Positions 52,322 to 62,563 of a DNA stretch of 64,000 bases are shown one piece after another. Source of the stretch: Candidatus Poribacteria bacterium (GTDB lineage: Bacteria; Poribacteria; WGA-4E; WGA-3G); NCBI GenBank assembly GCA_965205015.1, contig OZ242029.1:2944001-3008000 (forward strand), in the 5' to 3' direction. Within the stretch, counting starts at the first letter, position 1; each line of letters opens with the position of its first letter. The notes beneath the pieces are model-generated. The model had not been told where the DNA came from. It saw only the letters and a list, made by a program, of their open reading frames with translations, and made no database searches. Both the position numbers and the translations under genes were made by a program.

Positions 52322-54031
52322 ATGGATACAATTAAAGCAGAAATCTACGATATTATAGGAAGCGCGATCCACGCCGCCGTTGCTGCTGGGGACATCACGA
52401 TACCCGAAGTGCCAAAGATCCCGTTCTCACCCACTAAAACGCCTGAACACGGGGACATCGCCACGCCGATTGCCCTCGGACTCGCAAAACAGGCACGGCT
52501 GGCACCCCGCAAAATAGCTGAGATAATTGTCTCACACATCGATCTCGATGCCCATCCAGCCATCCGCCAAATCGACATTGCGGGTGCTGGCTTCATCAAT
52601 ATTCACCTCGCCGACAACTATCTCTACGACACACTCCAAACAATCGCTACGATGCAGGAAGCATACGGAACCTGTAACAAGGGAGAAGGGAAACCACTTC
52701 AGATTGAATTCGTCAGTGCCAATCCTACGGGACCCATTAATATCGTCAGTGGGCGCGCTGCGGCAGTCGGGGATACCCTCGTCAATCTCCTAAATGCTAT
52801 AGGCTACAACGCCGTGCGGGAGTACTACGTCAACGATGCAGGCGGACAGGTCGAACGCCTCGGTGAATCCATAGATGTGCGTTATCGGCAAGTGCTCGGT
52901 GAAGACGGATTAGAAATTCCAGAAGGCGGGTATCCAGGTGAATATCTACGGGAATTCGCCCAAACTATCGCTGATACGGAAGGGGATGTCTATCGGGAAC
53001 TTGAGACAGCGGAACGAGTGGCAACTTTCCGAGACAAAGGCATTGCCCACATCTTGGCGCAACAAAAAAGATCGCTCAAACGTTTTGGGATCGATTTCGA
53101 TGTCTGGTCGAGTGAAAAAGCGATCCGAGAGAGTGGAAAACCGGAGGAAATTATTGAGCTGTTCCGCGAGAAGGCGTATCTCTACGAAGCGGAAGGCGCG
53201 ACGTGGTTTCGGATGACAAATTTTGGCGATGATAAGGACTGTGTCGTCATAAAAAGCGACGGAGAATATACCTATTTTGTGCCGGATGCCGCCTATCATC
53301 GCGATAAATTTGACCGAGGTTTCAGGACAGTTATTGATCTGCTTGGACCAGATCACCAAGGGCATATCAGTCATCTCAGAAACTTTGCAAAAGCGATGGA
53401 TTTACCCGACGACTGGCTCGAAATCTTTATCATTCAACAGGTGAACCTCGTCGATGCAGAGGGCAAGCGATCGGATATGTCAAAACGTCGCGGACAGTTT
53501 CTGACCCTTGATGACCTCATTGACGAACTCGCGGAGACGGTCGGCGAACAGTTTGCGGTGGATGTCGCTCGCTATTTTTTCCTCATGCGTGCCAACAATA
53601 CCCATCTCGATTTCAATATGGAATTGGCAGTCACGCATGCCAGCGAAAATCCTGTCTTTTATATCCAATACGCCCATGCACGGTGCTGCAGCATCTTCGA
53701 GCAGGGAGATGCGCAAGGAATTACATCGAAACCTATTGAAGCCGTTTCTCTAAATCGACTCACGGAACCGATGGAACATGAATTAATCCGAAAATTAGCA
53801 GAATTCCCATCGGCTGTACTTTTGAGTGCAGAAGCACGGGAAGCGCATCGCCTTGTACATTACTTACACGAACTGGCAGGAATTTTTCATCCCTACTACA
53901 ATCAACACCGGGTCCTTGATCCCACAGACATGGAAAAGACCTACGCCCGACTCATTCTGATACAGAGCGTGCAAAGGGTGTTGAAAAATGGTTTGACGTT
54001 GCTGGGTATTTCTGCCCCGACGGCTATGTAG
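52322..54031 (+). CDS. argS: Arginine--tRNA ligase
   Basis: AGAGFIN, EFVSANPTGP, EYYVNDAG.Q, MSKRRG, NPVFYIQYAHAR, GL.LLGISAP..M. Confidence 0.96.
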   Translation: MDTIKAEIYDIIGSAIHAAVAAGDITIPEVPKIPFSPTKTPEHGDIATPIALGLAKQARLAPRKIAEIIVSHIDLDAHPAIRQIDIAGAGFINIHLADNYLYDTLQTIATMQEAYGTCNKGEGKPLQIEFVSANPTGPINIVSGRAAAVGDTLVNLLNAIGYNAVREYYVNDAGGQVERLGESIDVRYRQVLGEDGLEIPEGGYPGEYLREFAQTIADTEGDVYRELETAERVATFRDKGIAHILAQQKRSLKRFGIDFDVWSSEKAIRESGKPEEIIELFREKAYLYEAEGATWFRMTNFGDDKDCVVIKSDGEYTYFVPDAAYHRDKFDRGFRTVIDLLGPDHQGHISHLRNFAKAMDLPDDWLEIFIIQQVNLVDAEGKRSDMSKRRGQFLTLDDLIDELAETVGEQFAVDVARYFFLMRANNTHLDFNMELAVTHASENPVFYIQYAHARCCSIFEQGDAQGITSKPIEAVSLNRLTEPMEHELIRKLAEFPSAVLLSAEAREAHRLVHYLHELAGIFHPYYNQHRVLDPTDMEKTYARLILIQSVQRVLKNGLTLLGISAPTAM

Positions 54032-54032
54032 G

Positions 54033-54145
54033 TGGCTGTCAGCGGTCAGCGGTCGGCAATCAGCAAAGAGGCGTTAACGATCGTGTGACTTCTGAGGGGA
54101 CCCTGATGGCTGATGGGCTGATAGTTTCCGACAGCCGATGACGAT
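54033..54145. repeat. Heptamer-flanked palindromic intergenic repeat
   Basis: (GTCAGCG)n left arm, (CTGATGG/CTGATAG/CCGACAG)n right arm. Confidence 0.7.
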
Positions 54146-54154
54146 AGGAAAAAT

Positions 54155-55515
54155 ATGACAATGGATTATAGAAAAACCGATAAGGCGCACGTGTGGCATC
54201 CTCTGTTTCAGCATCAACGCCTTGAAGAAACAACGTTAGCCGTTTTTGAATCGGCGCACGGGACAACGCTTGTAGACGCAGAGGGTCGCGAGTATTTAGA
54301 TGCTTACTCGGCACTCTGGAACGTCAATGTCGGTTATGGTAGACAGGAGATTGCGGATGCCGTCTATGCACAGATACAACAGTTGCCTTACTATCCACAC
54401 TCGCAGATTAACGTCCCCGCCACGGTATTAGCGGAGCAGCTCGCGGCGTGTCTTCCGGGTGATTTGAACCATGTCTTTTTCTCCAACAGTGGTTCCGAGG
54501 CGAATGAAACCGCCATCAAAATGGCACGGCAGTACGGTAGACAAACCTATCCGGGTGAGAATCGCTACAAGATCATCAGTCGATACCGTGGGTATCACGG
54601 GTTTACCTTTGGTGCCTTGTCAGCAACAGGGCAGGCACGCAGACGAAAGGCTTTTGAGCCACTCGTTCCAGGGTTTATACACGCGCATCCCCCTTACTGC
54701 CATCGATGTCCCATTGGATTAGACTACCCATCTTGTGGCACGGAGTGTGCTGATGAGATTGAACGGATAATTCGGTGGGAGGGACCCGAAACAGTCATTG
54801 CTGTCATTGCGGAGCCTATTATTGGTGGCGGTGGTGTGATTGTCCCGCCAGATGAATATCTTCCGAAACTGCGGCAAATCTGTGACGACTACGGTTTGTT
54901 GCTCATCCTTGACGAGGTCATCACCGGTTTCGGACGCACGGGAAAGATGTTTGCCTGTGAGCATTGGGATGTCCAACCCGACCTTATTACGCTGGCAAAG
55001 GGGCTGACGAGCGGTTATCTGCCACTCGGGGCATGTGTCGCCTCAACAGAGGTCTTCAATGCGTTCCTCGGGGAATCCGATGAAAACAAGGAATTCGCTC
55101 AGGTCTGCACCTACGGCGGGCATCCGGTGGCATGTGCCGCTGGGATCGCGAATCTCGAGATTCTCCAAAGGGAACGGCTCTGGGAAAATTCGGAAAAGGT
55201 AGGGGCGTATTTGCTCTCGAAATTAGAAACATTGCGGGATTTACCCATTGTCGGTGATGTGCGTGGCAAGGGATTGATGCTGGCGGTGGAGTTTGTCCAA
55301 GCCGATGGGACGCAGCTGGAAACGGCAACGACCAATCGAATTGTGAGTCAGTTGCGAGACTTTGATACGGGGGGATCATCGTTGGAAAAATTGGACACGC
55401 TGTCGACGAACCCGAAAATATCATTTACATTGCACCGCCCCTGATTCTCACAGAAGCAGAGGCGGACAGAATTTTTGAGACGTTACGTCAAGTACTTGTC
55501 CAACAGGAGTTTTAA
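54155..55515 (+). CDS. Class III PLP aminotransferase with frameshift at about 55361-55374
   Basis: NSGSEANE, YHG, DEVITGFGRTG, PDLITLAKGL; native C-terminus (GIIVG..YIAPPLILTEAEAD) lies in another frame ending TAA at 55513-55515. Confidence 0.85.
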
Positions 55516-56340
55516 TTCGTGCCGCTTCGCTGTGGGTATCTTATCCGGTTGCGTAGCGATCGCGAATTGCAGGGCGGTTGAACAGGGGCAGTTCCGTTCT
55601 CCTTCAGGGATTTTAGCGACAGCAGCCCTTACCGTCTTTTTGGAAGTTTCTACATTAAAACGGACATTTTCAAGGATCATCTCTGTTGTCACGTTATCGT
55701 GTTCAGGGTGCCAACAATCGTAATCGGTGCAACAGGCGAGGACCGCGTAGCAGATTTCAGCCTCACGGGCGAGTTTCGCTTCCGGCGCAGCGGTCATTCC
55801 GATGATGTCAAACCCGAGGTGTCGGTAGAGTTCAGACTCTGCCTGTGTAGAAAATGCCGGTCCTTCCATACAGATATAGGTGCCGCCATTATGCACGGAG
55901 GCCCCGATTTCTGTAGCCGCTGTGGCTAAAAGGGAACTGAGTTGTGGAGAAAAAGGATGTGCAAGGCTGACGTGGGCAGCGATACCGTCGCCGAAGAAGG
56001 TGGATTTTCGGTCTTTGGTATGATCGTAGAGTTGATCCGGCACAACGAAATGGCGGGGTTCAATATCTTGCCGTAGGCTTCCGACGGCACTGACAGAGAT
56101 CAGCCACTCAACACCTAACGATTTTAAGGCATAAATATTCGCTCGGACATTAATCTCAGAAGGAAGGAGCCGATGCCCAACACCGTGCCGCGGTAGAAAA
56201 ACGACGGGCTTCCCATCAAGGTTCCCCAGAATAAGCGCATCGCTCGGTTCACCGAACGGGGTGTCGACCCTGATTTCTTCGACGTCTGTTAAGCCTTCCA
56301 TCTGATAAAAACCGCTGCCGCCAATAATTCCGATACGCAT
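55483..56340 (-). CDS. mtnP: S-methyl-5'-thioadenosine phosphorylase
   Basis: GIIGGSG, TPFG.PS, RHG..H, SAVGSL, EGPAFST.AES, GMT..PEAKLAREA, TDYDCW. Confidence 0.95.
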   Translation of the reverse strand: MRIGIIGGSGFYQMEGLTDVEEIRVDTPFGEPSDALILGNLDGKPVVFLPRHGVGHRLLPSEINVRANIYALKSLGVEWLISVSAVGSLRQDIEPRHFVVPDQLYDHTKDRKSTFFGDGIAAHVSLAHPFSPQLSSLLATAATEIGASVHNGGTYICMEGPAFSTQAESELYRHLGFDIIGMTAAPEAKLAREAEICYAVLACCTDYDCWHPEHDNVTTEMILENVRFNVETSKKTVRAAVAKIPEGERNCPCSTALQFAIATQPDKIPTAKRHELKLLLDKYLT

Positions 56341-56417
56341 CTTTTGTCCTTTCGTGAGGCGTGACTATCGCCTCCGCTACGTTACTGAAAACCGATAACT
56401 AAAAACTGATAACTATT

Positions 56418-57239
56418 ATGGCATTATTGCAGTGTGGTAATTTAACACTTGAGGGAAAATCCAGTTCTGCCGTTGCGACTTACGTACGGGTCAGGGAACT
56501 GGACCTCGTTTTCGATTTAGGCAGATGTCCGATGAATTTTATCGGCATCGGCAATGTTTTCATTTCTCATTTCCACCTGGATCACTATTTCGGGTTGCCT
56601 ATCTACATCAGTCAGCGCTGGCTTGCGGGTATACCGCCGGGGAACATCTACGTCCCGTGGAGTGGGTCTAAGCAACTGATGCATATTCTTGATAGGATCT
56701 CCGCGTTGGATACTGGCAAGAGTTGGGCGTATCAAATCACGCCCGTTCGAGTGGGGGATGAGATTCCGTTTCGGCAAAATTTAGTCGCACACATTTTGCC
56801 AAGCGACCACAGTGTTCCCGCTGTTTCTTATCTGATTTGTGAGGTGCGCAAGAAGCTCAAACCCGAGTTTCGGCATTTGTCAGGGCGCGACATCGCAGAA
56901 CTGAAACGTTCGGGGGTCGAAATAACGACAGAGGTGCAATTGCCCTTAATTGCCTACTTAGGGGATACACGGAGTATCCCTCTTGATGCACATCCATTAC
57001 TCAAACAGTGCAAAGTCCTAATTTGCGAATGCACATTCATCTTACCGGAGCATCGGGTGCGTGCGAAGCGGACAATGCATCTCCATCTTGAGATGTTACC
57101 CTCAATTTTAGAAGATATTGAGAGTGAACACATCGTCTTGACGCACTTCTCCCGCCGTTATACACCGGAACTTATTCGAAAAAAAGTTTTCAATTACTTA
57201 CCACCGCCGGAACGCTCCCGCGTACAACTCTTTCTCTAA
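56418..57239 (+). CDS. Metallo-beta-lactamase-fold hydrolase, RNase Z-like (short-arm type)
   Basis: SHFHLDH, KKLKPEF..L.G..I..LK arm, GDT, ECTF, HLH, THFSRRY. Confidence 0.78.
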   Translation: MALLQCGNLTLEGKSSSAVATYVRVRELDLVFDLGRCPMNFIGIGNVFISHFHLDHYFGLPIYISQRWLAGIPPGNIYVPWSGSKQLMHILDRISALDTGKSWAYQITPVRVGDEIPFRQNLVAHILPSDHSVPAVSYLICEVRKKLKPEFRHLSGRDIAELKRSGVEITTEVQLPLIAYLGDTRSIPLDAHPLLKQCKVLICECTFILPEHRVRAKRTMHLHLEMLPSILEDIESEHIVLTHFSRRYTPELIRKKVFNYLPPPERSRVQLFL

Positions 57240-58360
57240 TGTGAGACGGCAGTCTGCTGCGTCCTTGCCCGGTCCATGTAGAGATGTGTTGTCAGGAGTG
57301 CCCAGATGGGTGCGAATATAGCGTCTATCAATATGTTTACAACGACCATCACCGCGATTGCCCAAACGGGGGTATGCTGTAAGGTTATTTGGACCTGAAC
57401 GCCAAAAAAGAGATCAAAGAATTTCTCTGATAGTAGTATCTCACGTAAGGGCACAAATTCAGGGGCAACGACAGAAAACAGTAGCAACGTTAAACCGAAA
57501 ACCGCGGTGGTAAACACCATTGTTCCGCAAACAAGCAACAGATACATACCGAAAAACTGCTTCCATTTCCCGCGCACGAGTTCACCACTGCGGCGCAGTG
57601 CAGCGATCGCCGATAGATTCTCAATAATGATCCCTTGGTTGTAGAGGCTCCATTTTACCAGAAAATAAACCGCGGGAATACCAACGATCATCAGCAACAG
57701 AATCGGTGTAGCGGGTGCTACCGGTACATACGGTATCAAAACTTGAGAGAATCCAGTCAAGATAGGTACGACAATGGTAAAAATTCCCGCTGTAGCGAGT
57801 AGCCCGAATAGGACCCATATCCCCAAAATAGATACGATCTTGCGACGTGTATGTCGCCATGCCTTGCCTGAAGTAGCATTTGTGCCACGGTATTGATGGA
57901 CTATGATAAAAGCCAGTGGACACATTGCAAACCATAGAAAACCGATGTCAAAAGCAGATCCATCGAAGCCACCAGTTGTCTGTACACCCATTGATTTCAA
58001 GGAAGCCTGATGCGTTCCTGTTGATCCACTAAATGCCGTGATTCCTCCTGATGTGCTAAAAGTCCATTGTGCCTCTGAAATCCATAATTGAGAAAATAGA
58101 AGCAAGGCACTGTAGAGTGCAAGGCTGACAATGATGACGGGTAACATCACGCGCCAGAACAGACCAAAATGGTGCCGATACTCTCGAAATATTGTTGACA
58201 TAAGTCCGGACCGCTGTGGTACGGAGGTCGTGTTACCTGTATTTTCCAAGGCGTCCTGCATAGCTTTATTCCTATCTGTGGGTTGGATTTCAGACAAGTC
58301 TGTAAAGGTGTGGTGTCGGGTGGTGTATGTAGGGGCAAGTCCCATGCCATCCATCTTCAT
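57236..58360 (-). CDS. Hypothetical multi-pass membrane protein; start uncertain
   Basis: About six TMs; 'IIENLSAIAALRRSGELVRGKW' motif typical of glycerophosphodiesterase-membrane-domain-like proteins. Confidence 0.65.
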   Translation of the reverse strand: MKMDGMGLAPTYTTRHHTFTDLSEIQPTDRNKAMQDALENTGNTTSVPQRSGLMSTIFREYRHHFGLFWRVMLPVIIVSLALYSALLLFSQLWISEAQWTFSTSGGITAFSGSTGTHQASLKSMGVQTTGGFDGSAFDIGFLWFAMCPLAFIIVHQYRGTNATSGKAWRHTRRKIVSILGIWVLFGLLATAGIFTIVVPILTGFSQVLIPYVPVAPATPILLLMIVGIPAVYFLVKWSLYNQGIIIENLSAIAALRRSGELVRGKWKQFFGMYLLLVCGTMVFTTAVFGLTLLLFSVVAPEFVPLREILLSEKFFDLFFGVQVQITLQHTPVWAIAVMVVVNILIDAIFAPIWALLTTHLYMDRARTQQTAVSH

Positions 58361-58435
58361 GTATTTATGAACGATGAAGGCGCGGGGAGCCTTGCCCTAC
58401 AGCACACAACCGATCACTCTTCTACTAAAGCGGCA

Positions 58436-58468
58436 TAGGGAAACTGGATATAGGAGGGGGTTTCCCTA
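58436..58468 (-). terminator. Possible hairpin terminator after TPR gene
   Basis: TAGGGAAAC / GTTTCCCTA 9-bp stem; long loop and no clear U-tract on the minus strand. Confidence 0.3.
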
Positions 58469-58478
58469 AAAATTGAGG

Positions 58479-59879
58479 TTAGCTGCCTATACCGGGATGA
58501 GAACTGGCATCCTGGTCAGACGTTCCCGCTTCTTGTTCCTCGTAGAACTTGTATCCGTCTTCGTCTTGGTCAAGTTCATACTGACGTACAATCTGCTCTG
58601 CTTCGCGAAGGTAGGGTGTATCTCCCTTGGTAATGCTCATATAGGCTTTGAATCCATCATAAGCCGATCCGAATTCACGGATGGAACGATAGCAAACCGC
58701 CTGTTGGTAAACGGCTTCGTTTCGCCATACGGATTCTGGTGCGTTTTCAAACAGATTGTCATAAGCCTCAATTGCCCGCTCGTATTCACCGTTTTGTTGA
58801 TAAAGGGTGCCGATGCGATACATCGCATCTGCCGCGGCGAACTTCTTATGCGACAGGTCTCTCGCCAACGTCTTGTAGGCGTTAATAGCACGCGGGAAGT
58901 TGCGAAGTTTCTCCCAGTTCCCCCCAATCTGTTGGAAATTTTGAACGACCTGATCGCTATATCCCATCACCCACATGTCAGCAGGCGTAATTTTCCGTCC
59001 AGTCTTTTGGTATTCGACGGCTTTCTTATTGCGGAACTTATTAATCTCATCCATTAGAAAACTGATTTCTATCAGGATTTCATTCGTTTGCTTCAGGAGC
59101 GTTCCAGCCTGCGACGCCTCGTAAGAATCTGGAAACTTCTCAGTGACACCCACAAAGGCGGGCCAGCCACCACCATAGTCGAACAGGGTGTAAAAATAGA
59201 CGTTGCCAATCTGGAATTGCGCCTGCGGTGCCTTGGGATGCTTGGAGAACTCTTCGACCATTCGCTCGTAATTGCGGATGGCTTCGGTATAGTTCTCTAA
59301 GCTTTCATAAGCACGCGACACCTCGTAGAGTGCCTCTGCGGCGATATTAAAGGTCTCATCGGTTGGCGAATTGTCGTAAAGTGCTTTATAGTTTTGGTAT
59401 TCAGCCCGCTTTGCCTTAATGACTTCGCGGTTCTTTCGAATATTCGCCGTACCACTTTTCGCTTCGTTTGCGTAATATCCAGTGGGATCTAACGCAACAA
59501 TCGCTTGATAATGCTCAACTGCTTTATCCCAATCATAGCGGCGCTTGTAAATTTTAGCGATTTGGTAGTGTGCACGCTGTGCCCACTTTCCTTTCGTGTC
59601 GCGTTCAATGACCTCTGAGTAGAGGGCTATTGCTTTATCATAGAGTTCTTGCTGCCTTTGGCGATTCTTCTCCATCCTTTCCGGATCATCATCGCGCACG
59701 TCCATAGTTTCTGCCTCGTCAAACGCAGTGTCGGCGTTTTGGAGTTTGGCACCGAGCGGAACGATGTTAATGCCGCCTGGCCCGCATCCGAGAATCGTTA
59801 CTGCGAGGAAAATGAAGGCAAGCATGAGAAGATGGGCTCGGTCTATTCGAAGACCGAAGCCGTATGTGAAACGGTTCAT
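58479..59879 (-). CDS. TPR-repeat lipoprotein (BamD/CpoB-like repeats)
   Basis: GGAGG RBS; lipobox ILG-C; several TPRs (AHYQIAKIY, AQFQIGNVY, AMYRIGTLY). Confidence 0.85.
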   Translation of the reverse strand: MNRFTYGFGLRIDRAHLLMLAFIFLAVTILGCGPGGINIVPLGAKLQNADTAFDEAETMDVRDDDPERMEKNRQRQQELYDKAIALYSEVIERDTKGKWAQRAHYQIAKIYKRRYDWDKAVEHYQAIVALDPTGYYANEAKSGTANIRKNREVIKAKRAEYQNYKALYDNSPTDETFNIAAEALYEVSRAYESLENYTEAIRNYERMVEEFSKHPKAPQAQFQIGNVYFYTLFDYGGGWPAFVGVTEKFPDSYEASQAGTLLKQTNEILIEISFLMDEINKFRNKKAVEYQKTGRKITPADMWVMGYSDQVVQNFQQIGGNWEKLRNFPRAINAYKTLARDLSHKKFAAADAMYRIGTLYQQNGEYERAIEAYDNLFENAPESVWRNEAVYQQAVCYRSIREFGSAYDGFKAYMSITKGDTPYLREAEQIVRQYELDQDEDGYKFYEEQEAGTSDQDASSHPGIGS

Positions 59880-59968
59880 TGTGAGTCCTCCTTAGGAAAA
59901 TAGAAATGTGCCGGTGTGTTTTCAACCAGAACAATATAACCAACCGGCTCCCGTTCATTGTTGAAAAT

Positions 59969-59996
59969 ATTATACTAAATTTGCAAAAAATGTCAA
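59969..59996 (-). promoter_or_regulatory. Sigma70 promoter of TPR gene
   Basis: TTGACA-16 nt-TATAAT. Confidence 0.7.
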
Positions 59997-60101
59997 CCCT
60001 TTTTTTAATTTTAGAAATTCCGATCGGTTTGCTGCTTGCTCAGGTTTGTGCTAACTCTTAAAAAATTACGTCTATAGGAACAGACAAACAGGAACAGGAA
60101 A

Positions 60102-61463
60102 GTCACTTACCCCCATTTTTTTCTGAAGGTTTGTGGTGAAAGGTTTTAGTTGTAAAAAGTGTGAGAAACTCAGTGGGTTTATGATAAAATACCTCCTTAC
60201 AGCAACTGTTTGTAAACGCATTTTACAAAACATGTAAGGAGGTATTTTATGAAAAAGAGATACCCAAAACGGGTAAATCCAGAAACGATGATAACACGTT
60301 TTGGAGAAATCTTCAAGTCTGTTGGTATGAAAAAACCGGTTTTTCGGAATCTGGTATTGGTCTTGATAGCGATCAGTGTTGCCCCGACGTTTCGGATCAA
60401 TGAAGTTGCGTCGCGTTTGTCGCTCGTCGTCAAGCGGGAGAAGTCGAAACAGAAAAGGTTTCTGCGTTTCCTTGACACCCCACTGCCGATTGATGCGCTC
60501 AAAGAAGCGTGGTTCGTGTCGGTTGTGGGTTGGTTTTTCAAGGATGCGGGTGCTCATCTGTATTTGCTCGTTGATGAGACGTCTCTGATTGCCGGGTGGA
60601 AAGCCCTTGTTGTTTCGATCCCGTTTCGGCATCGTGCGATCCCTGTCTTTTGGTTCATCTATAGCGATCACCAGCTTCACGAGGGTATCTATAAGAGTCA
60701 TAATGAGATTATCCAATACTTCTGTGTCCATGTTTATCAAGAGGCTTTAGGGGTGGTGTCGCGGCATCAACAACGACCTGTTCTGGTGTTTGACCGTGGT
60801 TTTGGGCGTGCGCGATACGTCATCAAGTTTCTCAAGGCACGGGATATCCCGTTCGTGATGCGTGTTGCGAGAAATGTCGGTATCCGGCATGATGGGAGTC
60901 TGAAGAAACTTGATGACCTCGAAGCGGGCTGGTATCGGCATATCCTTTATCAGGCGCAGGAGCAGATACCGCTTCAACTCTATATCCTCAGAGATGAGAC
61001 CTTCAAAGACCCGATGTATCTTATCTCCAATCGCCTCAGTGGACATCAGATACATCACTGCTACAAACGCCGCATGCAGATTGAACACGGGTTTCGAGAT
61101 ATAAAGTCGTGCTTCGGATTTGGTAAACTCGTCTTGAAAAAACCGACACAAGCGCGTCTGGAGGTCCTTTGGTTATGTGCCTGCCTCGCTTATGGATTGC
61201 TGTTTATCAGTTACGAGAAGGTCGCCTCTACGCATTGGCAGAGGGCATATAATAGTAATAACAGAAAAACTTTTTCTGTTATTACTATTATCAAACGCGT
61301 GCTCACCGACTTATGGAACCAACACTTTCTTATCTCCTTTTTCACCGAGATAGGTGCCAGAGGGGATCCACTTTTCGGACCCACTCACTGACTGACTTTC
61401 TCACAGAAAAACCTGACTACATCAACTACAATCTACTCTCGAAAAAAAATGGGGGTAAGTGAC
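60102..61463 (+). mobile_element. Complete IS4-like insertion sequence (1362 bp)
   Basis: 21-bp perfect TIRs GTCACTTACCCCCATTTTTTT; 10-bp TSD GAACAGGAAA at 60092-60101 and 61464-61473. Confidence 0.95.
60249..61391 (+). CDS. DDE transposase (IS4 superfamily)
   Basis: AGGAGG RBS; LVDET, VFDRGF, YKRRMQIEHGFRDIK (YREK signature). Confidence 0.93.
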   Translation: MKKRYPKRVNPETMITRFGEIFKSVGMKKPVFRNLVLVLIAISVAPTFRINEVASRLSLVVKREKSKQKRFLRFLDTPLPIDALKEAWFVSVVGWFFKDAGAHLYLLVDETSLIAGWKALVVSIPFRHRAIPVFWFIYSDHQLHEGIYKSHNEIIQYFCVHVYQEALGVVSRHQQRPVLVFDRGFGRARYVIKFLKARDIPFVMRVARNVGIRHDGSLKKLDDLEAGWYRHILYQAQEQIPLQLYILRDETFKDPMYLISNRLSGHQIHHCYKRRMQIEHGFRDIKSCFGFGKLVLKKPTQARLEVLWLCACLAYGLLFISYEKVASTHWQRAYNSNNRKTFSVITIIKRVLTDLWNQHFLISFFTEIGARGDPLFGPTH

Positions 61464-61600
61464 GAACAGGAAAAACTTGACAAAACACTGCAAATATGTA
61501 AGAATTGCGTTTGCACAAAACGGTTAACATCCCGACGACGGGATCACTTATTCAACATAATTTTTTCCATGTGAAAGTCAAACGTAACAAGGAGGAAAAC

Positions 61601-62503
61601 ATGGCGCATTCGGATTACAAAATTGGTGTTGTAGGGGTAGGCAGAATGGGCGCGAACATCGCCCGACATCTCAACGACGAAGGGTTTGATGTTACGGCTG
61701 TATACGATGTTGCAAGCGAACGTGCCCAAGAACTCGCAGCAGAAATCGGTGCAACGGCGGCGGGAGAACTCGCGAAGGTTACAGCACTCGCGGACTATAT
61801 TATTACTGTGGTTACGGACGATGCAGCAATGCGCGCCATTTTCTCGGACGATGCGGAGGACAGTTTACTTCAAGGCGCGTCCGGCACAGTCTTTATTAAC
61901 TGTGCAACGATTAGCCCTCAGGTCCACGTAGATATCGAGCAACTCGCAGCAAAACATGGGGCAGAGAGTCTTGAAGGATGTATGGCAAGTAGTATCACAC
62001 AAGCACGGGAGGGGACGCTCTACCTCATGTGCGGCGGTAAACAGGAAACATTCGACAAGGCACGCGCGATTCTGGATTCGATGAGCATCTCGCTCCGTTA
62101 CGTCGGTGAAGCCGGTCAAGCAGCACAGGTGAAAGCACTCGTCAATATGGTAATGAATATCAATACGGCAGGGCTCGCTGAAGGACTCGGCTTGGGTGCT
62201 GCACTCGGATTGGATCTGACGATGTTGCAGGAGGTTTTCGCACAAACGGGTGCAAACTCCCGCGTCTTGGAAACCGACGGGGAAGACATGGAGGCACGCG
62301 ATCATGAATGTTATTTCTCATCTGCGCATGCATCCAAAGATTCAGGGATCGCCCTTGACTTGGCGAACGATGCTGGTATTTCTCTCCCACTCGCTCAGGC
62401 AACGAAGGCACAGTACGATCGGATGATTGAACTCGGATTGGGGGATCTGGATAAGTCCGGTGTTGCTGAACTGACTTTCCCGGGACGGGGTCCAGGGAAG
62501 TAA
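61601..62503 (+). CDS. NAD(P)-dependent oxidoreductase, 3-hydroxyisobutyrate dehydrogenase family
   Basis: GGAGG RBS; GVGRMGANIA, TISP, VKALVN catalytic Lys, KD..IAL. Confidence 0.88.
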   Translation: MAHSDYKIGVVGVGRMGANIARHLNDEGFDVTAVYDVASERAQELAAEIGATAAGELAKVTALADYIITVVTDDAAMRAIFSDDAEDSLLQGASGTVFINCATISPQVHVDIEQLAAKHGAESLEGCMASSITQAREGTLYLMCGGKQETFDKARAILDSMSISLRYVGEAGQAAQVKALVNMVMNINTAGLAEGLGLGAALGLDLTMLQEVFAQTGANSRVLETDGEDMEARDHECYFSSAHASKDSGIALDLANDAGISLPLAQATKAQYDRMIELGLGDLDKSGVAELTFPGRGPGK

Positions 62504-62563
62504 AAATGTCCGGGGTCTCATCACGAAATCAGGTTTAAGAAAGGAGCGTCAAATCGCAAACCT

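Noticed and set aside
60072-60740. 222-aa minus-strand ORF in the IS
   Set aside because: Antisense to the transposase, runs across the TIR, no recognisable motif
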